From: Bilabrum cf. latius
Lineage: Eukaryota
Direction: 5' to 3'
Assembly: GCA_965178125.1 (NCBI GenBank)
Contig: OZ237752.1
Span: forward strand, 744,001-808,000
DNA length: 64,000 nucleotides
Shown: positions 62,046 to 64,000 of the stretch, piece after piece
Numbering within the stretch: position 1 is the stretch's first letter
Layout: every line of letters begins with the position of its first letter
Made by a program: the position numbers and the translations under genes
Notes under the pieces: model-generated
The model's input: the letters and a program-made list of their open reading frames with translations, nothing else
The model's database searches: none
Told to the model about the DNA's origin: nothing

Positions 62046-62201
62046 TGAAAATCCAAACCACCATAAGATGGATTTCTTCTAATATCTGCACGTTACAAAG
62101 CTGGTGTGATGACCAGATTCAAACGGATATCAAAATGACCGCCCAGACGTCGCTTTTATCGGTATCTTGACTAATTGATGCATAGCCATCCTAATTAAAG
62201 T

Positions 62202-64000
62202 ATGAATCATGATGATGGTACTTCTAGAAGGTCGATAGACCGCAGTGATGGACCTCTATCTTCCGAGTCTTTTCGAGAGTTCGTAGATAGAACCGAGTCT
62301 GGAGCACCGTACGTGGTTTTGAATCGTATCGGAGAAGGAAGCTTTGGCAGGGTGTATCGTGGGAGACGAAAGGGGACCGGCCAAATCGTCGCGTTGAAAT
62401 TCATCCCCAAGAAAGATCGAACTGCCAAGGACTTGGATGCGCTGCGCACCGAGATAGACATTCTGCGTCGGCTGGAACATCCCAACATAATTAGGATGCT
62501 AGATGCCTACGAAACTCCAAGAGAATTTTGTGTTGTGACTGAGTATGCCCCGGGCGAACTGTTTCGCATTCTGCAAGATGACAAGTCTTTGCCGCTGGAG
62601 GTTGTGCGAAGCGTGGCCGCGCAGCTCTGCAGGGCTCTGTCTTACTTGCACGACCACAGAATCATCCACCGCGACATGAAACCTCAAAATGTCCTTATTG
62701 GCGCCAACGGTAGGGTGAAACTGTGCGACTTCGGATTCGCCAGGGCCATGAGTCTCAAGACTCTCGTGCTCACCTCCATCAAGGGCACGCCGCTGTACAT
62801 GGCCCCTGAGCTCGTTCGGGAGCAGCCGTACGACCACATGACGGACGTGTGGGCGCTTGGCGTTATCCTGTATGAGCTATTCGTGGGCGATCCGCCGTAC
62901 TACACCGACAGCATATACCGCTTGGTTCAGCTTATCGTCAAGGAGCCTGTGCGGTTTCCGAGCAGCTGCCCCGCCGAGTTCCGGTCTTTCCTCGGTCGCA
63001 TGCTCGTGAAAAATCCGCGCGGGCGGGCAGTGTGGCCTGAGCTTCTCTCCCACCCGTTCATCGATGGAGCGGTCAGGGCGCTGGACGAGGAGGACAGGCG
63101 GGTCGAGCGAGGCCTTGGGGGCGCAGAGGGCCAGGGGAGTGTGAGTGTGGGTGCAGATGGTGATCTATCGGACGGGTCAAGCCAGTTGAAGGGTAAAACT
63201 TCCCGAGTTCACGCGCTCTGCGCCCCTCAGACCCGCCTGGCTTGGTTTCTAGATCTGCACAGATCAGGCAAACTCGACCTGCACGATGGACCTGGCATTG
63301 CCTCCGGATCTCTGAGCAAGGAGGTCTGGGAGGATGACAAGCTAATCATCGTCCCGCTGCGAGATGTGCTACGGCAGCCAGTGGCCCGTCCACATGGAGA
63401 CGCACCGGGCGATGGTGCTGGTGCTGGTGCTGGTGCTGGTGCTGGTGCTGGTGCTGGTGCTGGTGCTGGTGCTGGTGCTGGTGCTGGTGCTGGTGCTGGT
63501 GCTGGTGCTGGTGCTGGTGCTGATGCTGGTGCTGGTGCTGGCGCCCAGGCAGGCCCGCCCTCCCCACCTTCGTCACCGTTTGGACATGAGATGAACTCGA
63601 ACGGTGATTCGTTGCACAGTATGGAAGACACTAAGGCGCCAGAGTTGCCGCTAGAACGCGCGAATGAAGGCGCTTTGGGTACCTCAGAATCGCGCGGGAG
63701 CCCAACTGCAACGGAGGCGGCGCGTGAAGATGCAATTGATGGATCGCGTGATGGATCTGGATCTGGATACTAGACCTCTGTGGAGGCTCGTAGCAGGTTT
63801 GAAGGCACTGGTGAAGGCAAGTTGGGGGACTCTGACTCGGATGGTGCTGCTGAAGATGATGATGACGAAGAACAGCAAGCGCTGCCTAGAACCGCCGATC
63901 GAGAGCAGCACGCTGTCGCTTCTGAGCAGGTGGAGGGTGGCGCGCTGACTCCAACACGCTCGGCTGTGAAAGCACCAGCAGGTGCCGGTGCTCTCGAGGC
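62202..64000 (+). CDS. STK36: Fused/STK36-family Ser/Thr protein kinase, 3'-partial
   Basis: '[28 protein letters not shown]', '[11 protein letters not shown]', '[39 protein letters not shown]' is the Fused/STK36/TIO activation-segment signature. The frame continues past TAG 63771-63773 to the window end. Confidence 0.88.
63414..63539 (+). repeat. (GGTGCT)21 coding microsatellite encoding poly-(Gly-Ala)
   Basis: 21 hexamer units, one variant GATGCT, in frame within the kinase C-terminal region. Confidence 0.95.

Noticed and set aside
63346-63594. Poly-(HQ) and poly-(VL) ORFs
   Set aside because: Alternative frames of the (GGTGCT)n microsatellite inside the kinase gene.
1-64000. Pyrrolysine or programmed readthrough as the explanation for TAG
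   Set aside because: Intron-containing eukaryotic genes, dozens of TAGs per gene, tandem TAG-TAG, no shared downstream context, and conserved-site evidence for Gln.
1-64000. Ciliate-type code (TAA and TAG both Gln, table 6)
   Set aside because: No internal in-frame TAA was seen despite abundant CAA and TAG; TAA occurs only at apparent gene ends. A residual caveat is recorded in the tandem-stop finding.

Overview
Gene-dense, GC-rich nuclear DNA from a eukaryote, probably a flagellated protist, with short GT-AG spliceosomal introns. The ORF track looks shattered only because TAG is not a stop codon here. Every gene in the window is broken by in-frame TAGs, while TAA and TGA were never seen inside a coding frame. 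Where a TAG lands on a conserved or diagnostic position the expected residue is Gln (histidine kinase F-x-Q-A-D motif, phosphotransferase R-Q-I motif, a poly-Q tract, C-Q-x-C motifs). Reading TAG=Gln with TAA/TGA as stops joins the fragments into 12 genes: a Ulp1/SENP-type protease (partial), a CD36-family membrane protein, a PH-C2-myotubularin, a C2H2 zinc-finger protein split by a 513-bp insertion, a peroxisomal APH/ACAD10-like phosphotransferase, a secreted beta-helix protein, a voltage-sensor/adenylyl-cyclase-alpha-like membrane protein lacking the cyclase domain, a ~7,035-aa surface/multipass membrane protein with a 20.7-kb exon, a hybrid histidine kinase whose intron-split N-terminus is an ETR1-type ethylene-binding domain, a multipass membrane protein with a 10-nt microexon, an uncharacterised protein, and a Fused/STK36 kinase (partial). 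All gene models and counts were derived by hand; no database searches were run.
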